Assembly: GCA_964016885.1 (NCBI GenBank)
Contig: OZ024741.1
Span: forward strand, 204,724,001-204,788,000
DNA: 64,000 nucleotides
From: Eledone cirrhosa
Taxonomy: Eukaryota
Reading direction: 5' to 3'
A program made the position numbers and the translations under genes. The notes under the pieces were generated by a model that saw only the letters and a list, made by a program, of their open reading frames with translations, was not told the origin of the DNA and did no database searches. This document shows, in pieces, positions 60,772 through 64,000 of this stretch. Each line of letters begins with the position of its first letter. Position 1 is the first letter of the stretch.

Positions 60772-63146
60772 ATATTGTTATGCTTTGGGAGGATCATGTT
60801 GCCAATAAGAAACACACGCACCAGTTGCTTTCACTCCAATTTATTATAAATTAAATTTATAAATTTAAGAATTTATAAATTTCCGGTTGGTTGGTTGGTT
60901 CCATAACCGGATGGTTGTTCATATATTGTCAAAGTTCTTTCGTCACACATTCTGTGACCTCTTCAGTGTCTGGGGATTCTTTTCTTTGTTTTTGTGCCTC
61001 TCCTTTGTTCTGTCCTACGCCATCTTGTTTTTGTGTGTGTTGCGTGCTTAGTTTGCACATGTGTTACATCCGGGTGTCTGTGTGTGTTTATATTTGTTTA
61101 TTTATTTGTTTATTTACATGTTACTGGTTGGTTGTTTGTTCTATGTATGTGTGTGTTTTCATTTTGTCCTTAATTGTAAGTTGTGATGTTGCTATTCCAT
61201 TCATGTTTTCTATTTAATTTTGGTTGGAGTTCATTTATGTTTATTGCCTCTGTGATTTGTCTTAACATTGCGTCTTTTCTGTGTGTAGATTCTATTTTTA
61301 TTTCTATGTTCTCTAATTTGCCCTTATGTTCTATTTTAGTATGTTGGTGGAGTATTGATGATTCTTTTTTATCTTGAAGTTCTCGCCAGTGTTCATTTAA
61401 CCGTTCTCCTATACTACGAGCTGTCTCACCTATGTACACTATATTCTTATCTTTACATTGTCCTTCAGTACATCTTATGCTATATACTACATTTCTAGTT
61501 TTACAGTTAATATTTCTTATCTATACAGGGAGGTCTTTGAAAAGGGTATGTATTGCTAATAAGTGTTTTTATGGAGGTACCTGGTCTTTCTACTATCTTA
61601 ATATTAAGTTTATGTTTATCTAGGGCCCTTCTAAATTTGTAAGCTAATTCACCTCTAGGGGTTGTATTGATGAACATTACACTCTGGTATTTATTGCTAT
61701 CATACCATGAGTTTATTCTGTTAACCTTATTCCTAGTTCTTTCTATTCTATTCCAAAATTGGCTCCTATACAAGGGGCAGGTCCCATTTGTATCATTATT
61801 TACCATTTTTTACCATTTGGTTCTGGCTCTTCTATATACTCTGATTTTATCTCTCTAGTTGTAACCAGAGAACTGCATACGGTGGATGAAGTGTTGTATG
61901 TGTCTCTCTAGTTCTTTTGCGTTGCACATGCGGGACACGTTTTTCATCACCAAATCCACAATCAGTATGTTGATTTTGGTGTGATCCGAAACAGCTGAGT
62001 TTCGGTGTATCAGATATTTGGAAGTCATGGGTTTGGCATAATGGGAATGGAGGATTTGTTTTTTGTTATTAATGGTTTCTAACCAGAGCTCTGTGTCTAG
62101 TACAGGTAATCGATGGTTGGGGTGTTTGCTTGGGTAGTCTATAGTAACTCTAATACTCTGGTGGATGGAGTTAGCTATTTGCTGGATGCTTTCCATTGTG
62201 TTTTTCTCTAATTCCTGACTGTTCTCTAGTGGGGGTGTTTTTACTACGATGTTTATATCAACGTAGTGGGAGTACATTATCAGGGTTAAGAGGTTGCTGT
62301 CTTCTAATTGTTCTTTAAGTTTAAGTCTATTGTCCCACCATACCATGAATAGGTTAGCTATGTCACCTGCAATGCTAACATCAATGGCTGCTCCCTCCTC
62401 TTGGGTTTTTCCATTAAATTTGAACATATGTTCCTTAAGGGTTAATTTTATACTGGCCCCCACTGCATGTGCAATCATTTTCTTTAGTTCGTGGTTTTCG
62501 GGGATCCGTATGGCTCTGGTCCACCCGTTCCAGCTTTCTGTGTGGGTTTTCTTGGTCATTGAGGTAATGGTAGGTGGTCTGCCTCTTGCTGGTCTTGTAG
62601 GGCACAGGTTGCTAAGGTCATATGTATCTAGATAATCATTACTATAGGTAAGTTTAAGTAGGAGTCCCAGCTCACTGGTATCAATCCCACGGAATTCAAC
62701 ATTGCTCTCACTGATTATTTCTACGCATTTCTCCACAGCAAAATCCACGTCAATGGATGGACATAGGGACACAACATCCATACTACCTATTATATAGTTT
62801 GTTAGGTCCCTAGATCGGTTACTTTCGCTGATTCTGCTGAGGAGGTCCTCCGTGCTGTCACATATATCTGGGGACATTTCAATGATGGGGCGTATGATCA
62901 GGGAGAGGAAGTAGGAAAGTCTGTAGTTACTAGCAATGTTAGCTCCACAGACTAGCCGTGGTGGTGTTCCTGTGACAGGGTCACTACTCGTTTTATGGTC
63001 TTTTTGAAGCCCATACAACACTGGCACGTCATTGTTCCAGGCCTGGAAGTTGTTGGCAGTCCTTTTATTGGGCTGCATTATGTTTGTCCACATCATCATA
63101 TGGGCATTGAGGGTTTTCTCCCTAACTTCTTTTATAGTTTCCCCAG
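60772..63146 (-). mobile_element. Penelope-like element (RT plus C-terminal GIY-YIG endonuclease), 5'-truncated and frameshifted
   Basis: RT: LYGLQKDHK, SMDVVSLCPS, IANLFM, LPVLD, YAKPM (61855-63099). Endonuclease: VVYSIRCTEG...YIGETARSIGERLNEH...RQITEAINI...PKLN (61170-61500). Confidence 0.93.
60926..60972 (-). ncRNA. Minimal type I hammerhead motif in the Penelope pseudo-LTR
   Basis: Minus strand: GACA CUGAAGA G GUCACA GAAUG UGUGAC GAAA GAAC UU UGAC. Canonical core and perfect 6-bp stem II; stems I and III are weak. Confidence 0.7.
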
Positions 63147-63680
63147 AAGTGAGATGGTATTAGTAGTTCTTCTCTCTTGCATAAAACCATCTGCATCTCA
63201 TCAAAATTAATTTTGTTTGTAATCAATTGTTCAATTACTCTTCAAAACCTGATCCAATAATTTGATGCCTCTGTAATTGTAGTAGTTGATAATGATGCCA
63301 CTACACCTTCCTGTACTACCTGATTAACTATGCAAATAACTAACCTGTGTCCTACCCCATCAGATAGTTTAATCATCTCAGCAACAATCCGTGATTGGTT
63401 GGCTTCTTTCCCTACCTTCATATCTTTTATCACTTTATCTACCATACTGTTGTCAACTTTGATGGCTGGTGTTTCAGTCGGGTCTATTTGGGGCAGACCC
63501 ACACTTTCCCATCTATTCTCCTCATTCCACAACTTGTAGTAACACTTCAATGCATCTGACTTTTCAATGTCAGTAAGAGTAAATGAGCCATTGTTGTTCC
63601 ACACGCTTCTTCCCCACATCTTTGTTCTCTCTGGTACACTGTCTTGCAATCTGAAACACTTCATGCCTCTCATCCTAATG
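63147..63680 (-). mobile_element. RTE LINE, 5' part of the host of the Penelope-like insertion
   Basis: NEENRW...KVIKDMKVGK...IVAEMIK, then INFDEMQ..FMQERRTTNTI, which normally leads straight into the FEKAFDR motif found at ~60660. Confidence 0.78.
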
Positions 63681-64000
63681 TAGTCCTATCTAATTTTTTT
63701 GCTTGTACTGTATTGGTAATACTACATAGAATTACACACAAAAAAGGCAAAGAACTATGGACACTATACTAATATCAACATAAACTAAAAATTATACAGC
63801 ATACACGAAACCAATTATAATAACTGTAATGCTTCTACTATTGAGACATTTTAAATCAACTCCTAGCCATTCCCATGATACTTTACCACCACTGTTAAGA
63901 ATGTGATCAATCTACCACTACTATGATTCTGATGCTGGAGCTGTGAAGGTTTTAAGGTGTTAGTACATACATAGATTTAGGAATGCTATTGTTCCAAACT

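Overview
AT-rich, repeat-dense animal genomic DNA. The SINE and LINE families resemble octopus/cephalopod repeats as I recall them; that is an inference, not a database match. The only host protein-coding gene I can support is the 3' part of a VPS13A/C-type lipid-transfer gene on the + strand: 21 exons from 6184 to 37073, all with GT-AG introns, forming one continuous frame of 739 aa that ends in TAA and is followed by a probable long 3' UTR. One intact tRNA-Glu(UUC) gene lies at 52610-52681. The rest is mostly transposon-derived: a young but internally deleted Ty3/Gypsy LTR element (331-5638, minus), RTE, CR1 and CRE-like non-LTR fragments, a Penelope-like element with RT, GIY-YIG and a hammerhead motif, a mariner, hAT, Tc1-type and TTAA-type MITEs, and at least two tRNA-derived SINE families. 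The most unusual signal is a ~196 bp fold-back element (58915-59110) that can form either a three-armed cloverleaf on a ~56 bp stem or a type I hammerhead ribozyme with a variant core. It sits under 2 kb from the Penelope hammerhead. Exon, tRNA, LTR, TIR and TSD coordinates were counted by hand; boundaries of decayed repeats are approximate. No CRISPR or prokaryotic features were seen.
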